From Spirochaetota bacterium (GTDB lineage: Bacteria > Spirochaetota > UBA6919 > CBDBPB01): DNA of 64,000 bases. The DNA is taken from contig CBDBPB010000008.1 of NCBI GenBank assembly GCA_965208615.1, positions 78,331 to 142,330 on the forward strand. The letters are read 5' to 3'. The position numbers and the translations under genes were made by a program. The notes below the pieces were generated by a model. It made no database searches, had not been told where the DNA came from, and saw only the letters and a program-made list of their open reading frames with translations. Each line of letters starts with the position of its first letter. The first letter of the stretch is position 1. Below, piece by piece: positions 1-9,288 of the stretch.

Positions 1-264
1 ATCAAAAGCTGGTACTACATTATTCTTAAGATTCTCTTTTCTGTCAAGGATAAAAAGCTTATACTCCTCTTTGGGTTCTAACCTCTTATTGACTTTAGCT
101 AACTGCCTTATTCTATTACCATACTCACTATCAGACGGCTCTTTTAAAAGCCTTACCTTGCAACCCTTATCTCGTAAATACTTAACCAGCATATTACACT
201 GAGTTGTCTTGCCTACACCGTCTATACCCTCTATAGCAATTAATTTTACTTGTCCATTATCCAT
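1..264 (-). CDS. tmk: Thymidylate kinase (5' part; runs off window start)
   Basis: Manual translation from ATG at 264: MDNGQVKLIAIEGIDGVGKTTQ...KEPS...LFILDRKEN. Contains the P-loop EGIDGxGKTTQ plus the EP and DR motifs of dTMP kinases. Not in the ORF track. Confidence 0.9.
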   Translation of the reverse strand, partial: MDNGQVKLIAIEGIDGVGKTTQCNMLVKYLRDKGCKVRLLKEPSDSEYGNRIRQLAKVNKRLEPKEEYKLFILDRKENLKNNVVPAFD

Positions 265-334
265 ATTAGATCATCCTAATATATTTATTAGTGATAGTCA
301 TCAATATCCATATTGTATTATATATTTTATAGGG

Positions 335-1336
335 CTAACTAGGAGTACCAATAAACTTAATATCAGCAGTCATACTACTAATGGTACTACACTTTAGCTT
401 AATACTATGAGCCTTTGCATTCTCTATAACCTGCTCTGCTCTGCGAGCACCACATAAAATATGAGTTATACCAGTTTGAGCTATAGTCCACGCTAACACT
501 AACTGACCCATACTACAATTATACGACTCAGCAATAGAAGTCCATTTATCAAGGAGGTTTAACACTTTCTGTCTATTCTCAAGTTTATACCAAGGATTCC
601 ACATACTATTACCCCTCCACTCAGCCTTATCAAAAACCTTATCCATATTGATTTTGCCCGTTAATAATCCCTGCTCCAAAGGCTGATATGCCAATATACT
701 AATACTCTTATCCACGCAATACGGTATAATATCCTTTTCTATATAACGCCACAACATACTATATCTAAGTTGTACGCTATCAATATCCCCTATTTCAACG
801 TTATCCCTAAGCTGACTCACGGATACATTAGATATACCAATAGCCCTAATCTTACCCTGATCCTTTAATTTAGTCAATATATCAATAGTATCAGCTATTG
901 GAGTTTTATCAGGCTTAGCCGATGGCCAATGAGTTTGATAGAGGTCTATATAATCGGTGTTAAGACGTCTTAGGCTGTTCTCAACCTCAATAGCTATTGT
1001 ATCCGGCCTTAAAGATCTGCGTATCTCCTTACCATCAAGAGTACCAAATGCTGATCCCTTTTGATCATCCCACCATAATCCACATTTAGTGGCAATAATA
1101 ACCTTATCCCTAATACCCTTAATAGCACTGCCAACAATAGACTCACTCCTACCAAAACCGTATACAGGTGCAGTATCAATTAAGTTTACCCCAAGGTCAA
1201 TAGATGAGTGAATAGTATTAATAGATTCCTTATCCACAGGCTCTTTGCCCCATCCTTGTCCTCCACCCATTGACCATGTACCAAGACCTATTACAGAGGC
1301 ATTTATATCAGATTGTCCTACTAGCTTATATTCCAT
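335..1336 (-). CDS. Aldo/keto reductase
   Basis: IGLGTWSMGG, DTAPVYG, IATKCG, SLRRLNTDYIDLYQTHWP and GKIRAIGISN motifs. Confidence 0.95.
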   Translation of the reverse strand: MEYKLVGQSDINASVIGLGTWSMGGGQGWGKEPVDKESINTIHSSIDLGVNLIDTAPVYGFGRSESIVGSAIKGIRDKVIIATKCGLWWDDQKGSAFGTLDGKEIRRSLRPDTIAIEVENSLRRLNTDYIDLYQTHWPSAKPDKTPIADTIDILTKLKDQGKIRAIGISNVSVSQLRDNVEIGDIDSVQLRYSMLWRYIEKDIIPYCVDKSISILAYQPLEQGLLTGKINMDKVFDKAEWRGNSMWNPWYKLENRQKVLNLLDKWTSIAESYNCSMGQLVLAWTIAQTGITHILCGARRAEQVIENAKAHSIKLKCSTISSMTADIKFIGTPS

Positions 1337-1424
1337 GTTTTACCTGTTAGTTTAGCATACATTAATGGATAACTTAAAAATAGACAAAATAGTATAGAAA
1401 ATCAAACAAGGCTAAACAATATTA

Positions 1425-3764
1425 TTAACTTTCGATAATTATATCCTTTTCTCTTTTATAAAAGTTGGCTTGTTTTATATTGTTTACTTTTCGGTAGGCC
1501 CTAATAATGTTATTATAACATCTTGCCACTAACCTGTCTGTCATATTAAGCCTTTTATAGTTTATAATGGCCATCTTTAAATGTTTTATAGCACTATTAA
1601 ATCTTTTTATATTATAATATATAACCCCAATGTTGTTATAGGTATTAGCCATACCTTCTATATCCTTTATCCTTATTTTTATTTTGAGGGACTTCTTATA
1701 ATATTCTAATGCTTTATTATAGTCCTTTTTAACGTTATAAACGGCTCCAATGTTATTAAGGCATGTAGCCATGTTAAATTTATCACCATACTTTTTATAT
1801 ATTGTAATGGCCTTATTAAAATGGTATATTGCTTTATCATAATTAGATTTACTATATTGGCTATACCCAATCTTAAGGTGATTTTGAGCTTCTTTTGAGT
1901 CTATATACTGCTTTAATTTTTTCTTGGCAATATTTAACTTTATAGTATTTTTATTTTGAACGTAAATATTTATTGCTTTTTTCTGATAGTAAATAGATTG
2001 ACTAATATTTTGTTTATTATAGCTTTTTTTTGCAAGATTATTATAGTTATCCCCCAGAATAGACAAGTTACTACCAGAAGCAGGAATATAATTTAATCCC
2101 TTTCTATAAAAGTTTATTTTTTCTTCTGAATTACTACTTTCTTTTCCTAATGCAAAGTAGCACTCAGCAAGCCTATTATCAATATTTTTGTATTTAACTC
2201 CTCCTCGTCTTACTACTCCAAGGAACATACTCACCGCAGACTCATATTTACCTTGATTTTGTAGTCTTATAGCTTTAGCATACATAGCTTTTAGTAGTTG
2301 GTCCTCTTTGGCTAATAGCAGTTGTCTTTGGAGTAGGGTATTAAATAAAATATAGTTATTTCTTTCTTCTTTAAACTTTGACCCTATAATGGGTAGCATT
2401 TTTGGCCTGTGGATATATATACTGCCTTCCTGGAAAGCGGATATCTTACTATTTATGTAGGAGTTTATAGTTTCAAACCTGACCTCTGCTTGGCTTTCAC
2501 TAAAAGAGAAGTCCGCAAAGAAGGATACAAACAGCATAGTAAACAATCCATTACCTTTATTATTGGCGTTTATCTGATCCAATAGTCTGTAGGACCTCCT
2601 AAAATATTTATTATATTTATTTGTATATACACCTTCTTTTTTGTCCTTTGATACAAGATTACTATAAAACCTTAATACATTTTCTTTTAAGCCATCCTCT
2701 TCGGTTATTCGTATAAGATTTGTAGTAGTTTGATTTATATAAGAACTATCCATAATTAAAACAGTATCGTTAGCAAAGGAGTTTACAAGACCATAAAAGG
2801 CTTTGGGCTTAATGGACTTCATATCAGTAAATATTGGCATTCCATTATTATTAGAGTGTCCTGAATATATTATCATAATAAGTTCGTCTATATTAATGGT
2901 TTTGATAAACTTATTAAACTCTGACTTAAAGCTATTTAGGGTTATATTCTTTGTTGTATAAATTCTCTCTAGCGGTGTATCCAAAATTATATTAAACAGA
3001 TTTTTGTATACTATTAGATCATTCTCAGTATACCTTAATTTATACTTATCATCATCGTAATCCTGATTGACTATAATAAAGGCACGTATCTTAGGTTTTC
3101 TGTAGTTTTTGTATGATGATAGGTAATCTCTTTTATTGATACGTAATTCTGGTGATCTATAAATATAAGGGGCAAGTTTTTTATCTTCCTTGTTGTTTAG
3201 GTAGTCAAAGTAGGGCGAAGATATTGTCTTTTGTCTTTGTGTTCTACTTTTTGCTATAAAGCCATAAGGACTTTTAGACTTAATTTCTTTTTCTTTTACT
3301 GGAGTATATAAAATATATCTATTTTTTGTAAGACTATTAGTTTTTTTATATGTAGGACTATCTAATAAATATGGACTTTGTTTTTTTTTTCTTTTGAAAC
3401 TAATTAATCCATATCTATTTTTTGTTAGTTTTTTTATTTTATCTTCTTTATCAGAGGTTCGCAAAAGGTAGGATGAAGACGTTATTTTATTTAGTTTACT
3501 TTCTTTTTTAGAGTTAATTAATCCGTATCTATTTTTAGTTATGAATTTAAGTTTTTCTTCTTTAGGATGGCTTACTAATAAATATGCGCCTTTTGCTTTG
3601 GCCGATTTTAAAGGTTTATCCTTAAGTCCATAGGGATGGGATGATTTACTCTTATCTATATGAAAAGGCTTAGTCGTCTTACTAGAACTACATAACGTTA
3701 AAACCATCAATAGGATTATGTTATATATTATAAAAAAGCTTTTACAATTAAGCCCTATATTCAT
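1425..3764 (-). CDS. Exported caspase-like (peptidase C14) + TPR protein with catalytic Cys->Ser (probable pseudo-caspase)
   Basis: Hydrophobic N-terminus; basic repeat region; AFIIVNQDY..L....ND, IIYSGHS and VLIMDSSY motifs; C-terminal TPRs (NNIGAVY, ALEYYKKSL). Paralog of 5062..8016. Confidence 0.8.
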   Translation of the reverse strand: MNIGLNCKSFFIIYNIILLMVLTLCSSSKTTKPFHIDKSKSSHPYGLKDKPLKSAKAKGAYLLVSHPKEEKLKFITKNRYGLINSKKESKLNKITSSSYLLRTSDKEDKIKKLTKNRYGLISFKRKKKQSPYLLDSPTYKKTNSLTKNRYILYTPVKEKEIKSKSPYGFIAKSRTQRQKTISSPYFDYLNNKEDKKLAPYIYRSPELRINKRDYLSSYKNYRKPKIRAFIIVNQDYDDDKYKLRYTENDLIVYKNLFNIILDTPLERIYTTKNITLNSFKSEFNKFIKTINIDELIMIIYSGHSNNNGMPIFTDMKSIKPKAFYGLVNSFANDTVLIMDSSYINQTTTNLIRITEEDGLKENVLRFYSNLVSKDKKEGVYTNKYNKYFRRSYRLLDQINANNKGNGLFTMLFVSFFADFSFSESQAEVRFETINSYINSKISAFQEGSIYIHRPKMLPIIGSKFKEERNNYILFNTLLQRQLLLAKEDQLLKAMYAKAIRLQNQGKYESAVSMFLGVVRRGGVKYKNIDNRLAECYFALGKESSNSEEKINFYRKGLNYIPASGSNLSILGDNYNNLAKKSYNKQNISQSIYYQKKAINIYVQNKNTIKLNIAKKKLKQYIDSKEAQNHLKIGYSQYSKSNYDKAIYHFNKAITIYKKYGDKFNMATCLNNIGAVYNVKKDYNKALEYYKKSLKIKIRIKDIEGMANTYNNIGVIYYNIKRFNSAIKHLKMAIINYKRLNMTDRLVARCYNNIIRAYRKVNNIKQANFYKREKDIIIES

Positions 3765-3781
3765 AACCTTAACTATGTATT

Positions 3782-4327
3782 CTAGAACCTATAACCAATT
3801 GATGGAGTTACATCCAAAAAAAATCCCATTCCACCTGCATGTACTTTTACACTTAATCCAAGATATAGGTTATTATATATATAGAATTCTGTACCAAGTG
3901 CAAAGGCTCCACCATGTTTTTCAGTATTTTCGTTATCGTATCCACTTAGATATAAAAACTCATATCCTACTTCTATGAATATAACAAACCAATCCGGAAA
4001 GTTAGAGTTACCAAAAATAAATCTAATACCTAAAAAGATAACGTGTACCATATTGTCATTGCTAATAGAGGGAATATTAAAATTATGAAAAGTATAATTA
4101 AGTCTAAACTGAGTCATAACCTCAGTACTAATTCTAGCTATATCTATTCCTATACCAAGCCCAAAACCTGTTGAGTGACCAATAACATCAGCAGGCTTAT
4201 TAAAAGGCCTTGGAGCAAAAGTAAATTGAGCCTCTATATTTAATAAAGGAAATAATGACTTTGAAGTTAATAGCAAAAAAACCACTAAGATTAACCTTAG
4301 TAAAGGCTTTTTTATCATAATATACAC
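3782..4327 (-). CDS. Small outer-membrane beta-barrel protein
   Basis: Signal peptide, alternating hydrophobic beta-strands, C-terminal SIGYRF (BAM-type signal). Confidence 0.7.
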   Translation of the reverse strand: MYIMIKKPLLRLILVVFLLLTSKSLFPLLNIEAQFTFAPRPFNKPADVIGHSTGFGLGIGIDIARISTEVMTQFRLNYTFHNFNIPSISNDNMVHVIFLGIRFIFGNSNFPDWFVIFIEVGYEFLYLSGYDNENTEKHGGAFALGTEFYIYNNLYLGLSVKVHAGGMGFFLDVTPSIGYRF

Positions 4328-4346
4328 CTTTTATCTTATTTTTAAG

Positions 4347-4937
4347 TTATAAATCATCTTCATCATCTTCAGTTAGTTGTTGTTGATATACCCATAGTTC
4401 TATCCAGTCTATATAGGTATAGTCCTCTCTTGATAAATGTTTAATTGAGGGATTTATACCAAGAGGCATTCCATCACTCAAAATGGGATCTATACTCAAA
4501 AGAGATCTTATAATATGCCATTTACTCTCCCTAATCCTTACTGCACCAAGAAGTTTAGAAGGTGTATAAAAACCTATAAGAGCTCTAAAAGGATTATCAG
4601 TTTTAACTTTAGCTATGATTAGATAGCTTGTTTTTGGTATTCGCCTTACTCTAGTGTTATAATAAACACTACCCCCATTAGTACTATATCCAAACTCGAA
4701 TATGCCGTTTTTTACTTTTACCACTCCACCCTTTCCTGTTTGAGTGATGAGTTCATGGTTCCACTCTTGAGTATTGTTATAAAAGTCCCATCTTTTAGCT
4801 AACACCCATCCACTGGATATCATAACCTCATAATGATGGTTTTTATTTGCATAACTCATTGCTAAATCGTTACCACAAGAGCTTGTTATAATTAATACTA
4901 ATGTCAATAGGCTAAGCCTTAAAATAAAAGCTATCAT
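4347..4937 (-). CDS. Putative lipoprotein, beta-rich domain
   Basis: Hydrophobic signal ending in IITSSC (lipobox-like); acidic C-terminal tail. Confidence 0.6.
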   Translation of the reverse strand: MIAFILRLSLLTLVLIITSSCGNDLAMSYANKNHHYEVMISSGWVLAKRWDFYNNTQEWNHELITQTGKGGVVKVKNGIFEFGYSTNGGSVYYNTRVRRIPKTSYLIIAKVKTDNPFRALIGFYTPSKLLGAVRIRESKWHIIRSLLSIDPILSDGMPLGINPSIKHLSREDYTYIDWIELWVYQQQLTEDDEDDL

Positions 4938-5061
4938 TTTATATACCTAATTTAGCTATATCTCTCATATAGACTAGGTTATAGTCAATTTTAGTATAAA
5001 AACACCTAACTTACTATTTTAGATATAATTTATGTTCTAATTTAGCTTAAGGTTAATAATA

Positions 5062-8016
5062 TTATTGAGTTTCTATTATTTTGAGGGTTTTTTCATATTT
5101 GTCTATGTTGCGGTGGTTTATACTCTTAGCTATTTTAATGAGCTTCTTTTGAAAGCTGATAGCCTTGCTATAATCCTTTAAATGATAATAGCTAAGAGCA
5201 ATAATATTATATACTTCGATAAGGATAGGCTTTTGGTTTTTTATTTTTGCTAAAATGGCCAAAGAACTCTTAGAATATTTTATAGCTCTATTATACTTAT
5301 TTTGGTTATAAGCTTGTTCTCCCAGTTTGTTATATGAATATGCCATATAACTTTTGGCTTTTATTTCCAACTTTATATTTTTTATAAAGTTAAAGTACTT
5401 TAGTGATTTAGTAAAATACTTTAACGACTTATTATAAAGGCTTTTATTATAATTTATTATAGCAATATTAAAATATACGTTTGCCATAGTGTTATACGCA
5501 CTCTTATTCCTTAACAGTTCTATGGTCCAAAAATAATGCTTTAAAGCTTTATTGGGCTTATTCAGTTTTTCATAAATAGAGGCAATATTAACTAGGGTAT
5601 TTGCAACCATAGTATTATGGAATAAGCCTTTTTTGATCTCCAAAGATATTCTAAGGTACTTTATAGCAGAATTATAATCATTATTTTTAGAATACATAAC
5701 TCCCATATCGTTAGTAATTTTTGCTTTTAGATATAGGGCATTTTTTAGTCCACTTTTGTCATTGGTATTTAATCCTTTAGATATGGCTTTATTAATGTTT
5801 TCTAATGCTATAGTATATTTTTGTTGTTTATAATAGTTATACCCAATATTGGTATATGTTCGTCCAAGAGCAATATCGTGTTTTACTAACTCATAGATAG
5901 TTTTGACTTTTTTTAGGTATATTATAGACTTTTTATATTCCCTTTTTTTAAAGTAATATTTACCTAAATTATCATATACCCCCATTAACTCAACTATTAT
6001 TCTAGCATTACCCTCTTTATATTTAGTTTTAGTACTAATTTTTTTAGCTTTTATTAATAGTTCTTCGCTTTTATTATAGTTATTACGTTCATTTTCAACC
6101 ATAGCCATTTCTATAAGAATATCCACTTTAGCCCTCAAGTTATTATGTTTAAATCTTATGGCATAGGTTTTTTTTAAATAATTATAGGCCTTATTATACT
6201 CTTTTTTTTTGTAGTATACCATTGCTATACTGTTATAATTATTCGCAAGGAAATATTCATCTTTTTCTTTTCTATATATGTATGCAGAACTCTTATAATA
6301 TTTAATTGCGTTATCATATTCGTTTAGAGCCTCATGTACTCTTGCTATATTATTTTGACACATAGCAATTTCCTTAGTCTTATTCAATGATTTAACAATT
6401 CTAAGGGCCTTTTTAAAGTATCCCAAAGTTTTTTTATACTGCCTTCTAATAAAATAGGCCATGGCAATATTATTGGATGCACTTGATATTCCAAATGAAT
6501 CATTAATTTGTTCACTTATTTTTAATGCTTTATTAAAGTATCCAATGGCTTTTTTAGGCTGATGTCTTTGTATATAAAATCCACCAATATTGTTATTAGC
6601 GGTAGAAATGCCATATAAGTCTTTATTTTGTTTACTAATATTCAGGGCTTTTTTAAAAAGCGATAATGCCTTATTAAACCTACCCTGATAACTGTATACT
6701 GTACCAATATTGTTATTTGATCTTGCTATCCAATAGTTATTTTCGGCGTTAGTAGACAGCCATAAAACATTAGTAAAGTATTGCAATGCCAATCTATATT
6801 TTTTATTATAGAGATATATTTGTCCTATAGTATTATTAGCTTCAAGATGGTTAGAATTATATTCTAGAGCTTTGTTTAGGTTTGCTATTGCCTTATTAGG
6901 ATATCTTACACCATAAGCTTGTCCAATTTTAGTATATATACCTGCCAGACGTACACGTACATCTTTATAGTTGTAGTTTATTTTTAATATTTGTTTGTAT
7001 AAGCTAATGGCAGTATAATATTTACTTTTAATCTGTTGTAAAACGGCTTTATAATATAGTCTTTCAATTTTAGGTAGTTTTTTTCTTTCTATATTTTTGT
7101 AAAACAAATAAAAGTTTTCTTTGACCTTAAAAGGAGATTGAAATGGTATCATTTTAGGTCTCTGACTATCAAATCCGCTTTCTTGTAAATCAGATATCTT
7201 TAGATTAACGTGGGAGTTCAAATCTTCAAATGAATAGGCATTTTTATTTGGATCAAGCTCAGAAAAGAATGCGGCCAATATAATACTAAACATCCCATTA
7301 CCCACACCATTATATCCTAATCCCTCTAAAAACTTATATGTGCTACCCAAGTGGCTTTGCATACCTTTTATTTGTTTATAATTAGCCTCTCTCGACTGCT
7401 GATGAGCAAGACTGCTATAAACCCTAATAATATTTGATCTATACCTTAATCTTTCCTTAACCTCTTTATTGTTATTAGACAGTCCCACTTGTTTATAGGC
7501 ATTATCTGAGTTATCAGAGATTAGTATATTATTCCCTCCTTCTTCTGCTCCTGAATAGCAGGAATCCATTATTATTACTGTATCATTTTTAAAAGAGTTA
7601 AAGAAATCATAAAATAGTTTTGGTTTTATAGTTTTTCTATCAGCAAAAATAGGCATACCATTGTTATTACCATGACCTGCATAAATAAAAACAATAAGCT
7701 CATCCTTTTTGACCCTGGATTTAAACTCGTTTATAATGGATATAAAGTCATATAGCTCTACATTTTTATATGAGCTAATCCTATTAAGAGGAACCTTATA
7801 TAACCTTCTAAAAATAGTCTTATAAACCTCTATATCATTAATGGTATATTTTAAGTCTAAATCCTGACCTTTATAATCCTGATTGGCTATCATTAAAACA
7901 TGGAATTTTGGTGTTTTATAGTCCTCTAGCTGGGATAGTTCAATAGAAAATAGGACATTAATAAAATTAAAGCAAAATATACATATAACAATACCCTTTA
8001 TAAGGCTCTTATTCAC
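5062..8016 (-). CDS. Exported caspase-like (peptidase C14) + long TPR-array protein, catalytic dyad intact
   Basis: Signal peptide; VLMIANQDY, FIYAGHG (His codon 7672-7674), IIMDSCYSG (Cys codon 7558-7560), GNGMFS; more than 12 TPR-like repeats. Confidence 0.85.
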   Translation of the reverse strand: MNKSLIKGIVICIFCFNFINVLFSIELSQLEDYKTPKFHVLMIANQDYKGQDLDLKYTINDIEVYKTIFRRLYKVPLNRISSYKNVELYDFISIINEFKSRVKKDELIVFIYAGHGNNNGMPIFADRKTIKPKLFYDFFNSFKNDTVIIMDSCYSGAEEGGNNILISDNSDNAYKQVGLSNNNKEVKERLRYRSNIIRVYSSLAHQQSREANYKQIKGMQSHLGSTYKFLEGLGYNGVGNGMFSIILAAFFSELDPNKNAYSFEDLNSHVNLKISDLQESGFDSQRPKMIPFQSPFKVKENFYLFYKNIERKKLPKIERLYYKAVLQQIKSKYYTAISLYKQILKINYNYKDVRVRLAGIYTKIGQAYGVRYPNKAIANLNKALEYNSNHLEANNTIGQIYLYNKKYRLALQYFTNVLWLSTNAENNYWIARSNNNIGTVYSYQGRFNKALSLFKKALNISKQNKDLYGISTANNNIGGFYIQRHQPKKAIGYFNKALKISEQINDSFGISSASNNIAMAYFIRRQYKKTLGYFKKALRIVKSLNKTKEIAMCQNNIARVHEALNEYDNAIKYYKSSAYIYRKEKDEYFLANNYNSIAMVYYKKKEYNKAYNYLKKTYAIRFKHNNLRAKVDILIEMAMVENERNNYNKSEELLIKAKKISTKTKYKEGNARIIVELMGVYDNLGKYYFKKREYKKSIIYLKKVKTIYELVKHDIALGRTYTNIGYNYYKQQKYTIALENINKAISKGLNTNDKSGLKNALYLKAKITNDMGVMYSKNNDYNSAIKYLRISLEIKKGLFHNTMVANTLVNIASIYEKLNKPNKALKHYFWTIELLRNKSAYNTMANVYFNIAIINYNKSLYNKSLKYFTKSLKYFNFIKNIKLEIKAKSYMAYSYNKLGEQAYNQNKYNRAIKYSKSSLAILAKIKNQKPILIEVYNIIALSYYHLKDYSKAISFQKKLIKIAKSINHRNIDKYEKTLKIIETQ

Positions 8017-8043
8017 AACTACGACCTTAATTAATATAGTATT

Positions 8044-8994
8044 TTAATCAGTCTTACTAATAATCTCTAAATATTTTTTTCTTTTGTTTATTTTGACTTG
8101 ACTTGGTGGTCTATCTTCTTTCATTAGCATATTATATTTGTTATTAGTTTTTTTAACCTTTTTTATTTTTTTAGCCTTATATATCTTAGACTTAGGTTTT
8201 TTGTATATTTTCTTTTGTAGTTCAGTATACTGTTCATCTTTAGAAGGCTTATCCTTGTATTGTTCATCTTTAGACGGCTTATCCTTGTATAGTTCATCTT
8301 TGTATAATTTGTTTTGTTCTTTAAATAGGCTAATCAATTTGGGATAGTTATTTTCTTTTGCTATATCTATGGGGGTTTTACCATCATTATTTTTTATGTA
8401 TATTGAGTTAGTGCTTAGCCTTTTTATCAGGAATAGGGATATATCATCATTTCCTTTGTAAGCACTAATGTGAAGTGGAGTATTATTAAATTTATACTTA
8501 ATATTTAGATTTACTCCTATATTAATAAGATCCATTATTTTTTCTTTATTGTTGTTAATAATGGAGTCATATAGTTCTAGGCTAAGATTTTTAGTTAATA
8601 TTGTTTGTATATTAAGACTTTCGTCTTTTTCGAAAAGGGTTAATTTATAGGGTATATCTTTATATAATTTTAGATTAAAGGTTATATATTTCTTTTTATT
8701 TTTATCTATCTCTTTTATTGAAAGGGTTTTTTTATTTATTTGCCAGTAAAATCTTTTAATAATGTTATTATCTTTGATTATAAAGCCTTTTTTATCCTGA
8801 AAGAAGTGATATTCTTTATTTATATCCGAATTTAACTTGTTATCTTTATTATATATAAAATCTACTTTCCAGCTTCCGATTATGGATCTAAACAGCTTAT
8901 TTTTGTAATTGTAATTTGATCCCAAAGAAAATATTAATAATAGTATTATACAGATTTTGATATACATATTGCTATAAACACCTGTATACTCCAA
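8044..8994 (-). CDS. Exported protein: lipocalin-like N-domain + ankyrin repeats + basic tail
   Basis: IIGSWKV (lipocalin GxW motif); GVNLN...NTPLHISAYKG and GKTPIDIA ankyrin motifs; likely start is the second Met (MYIKIC...). Confidence 0.7.
   Translation of the reverse strand: MEYTGVYSNMYIKICIILLLIFSLGSNYNYKNKLFRSIIGSWKVDFIYNKDNKLNSDINKEYHFFQDKKGFIIKDNNIIKRFYWQINKKTLSIKEIDKNKKKYITFNLKLYKDIPYKLTLFEKDESLNIQTILTKNLSLELYDSIINNNKEKIMDLINIGVNLNIKYKFNNTPLHISAYKGNDDISLFLIKRLSTNSIYIKNNDGKTPIDIAKENNYPKLISLFKEQNKLYKDELYKDKPSKDEQYKDKPSKDEQYTELQKKIYKKPKSKIYKAKKIKKVKKTNNKYNMLMKEDRPPSQVKINKRKKYLEIISKTD
8231..8305. repeat. 30-bp intragenic tandem repeat (~2.5 copies) encoding KDKPSKDEQY
   Basis: gttcatctttaga[a/c]ggcttatccttgtat repeated. 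Confidence 0.85.
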
Positions 8995-9147
8995 CTTATT
9001 AATATTATATTAATTTAGGTCAAATTATTTTAGAGATAAGTTGAGATAATGTTAACAAGCCTTATCCATAGTCTAAAAGCTGGACGTAACTATAACAAGT
9101 AAACCAAGATACCTTCATCTATAAGTATTTCAATGTTATTAAAAGCA

Positions 9148-9288
9148 ATCATAAAAAAAGAGGAGCTATACTCCCCTTAATTTTATAACAAAAATAAATA
9201 TACTTATTAGTCTGACTCAAAATATGGTTGTACCTGACTCAATGTCTGACTGTACCTGACTCAAGGTTTGACTGTACAAGTTTATATG
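9148..9288 (-). repeat. Partial inverted copy of the dispersed non-coding element (segment A), including a 3x22-bp tandem at 9212-9277
   Basis: Reverse complement reads catataaacttgtacagtcaaaccttgagtcagg...ttttgagtcagactaataagtatatttatttttgtt...aaggggagtatagct...ttttttatgat, matching 11508-11603 and the array units. Confidence 0.8.
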
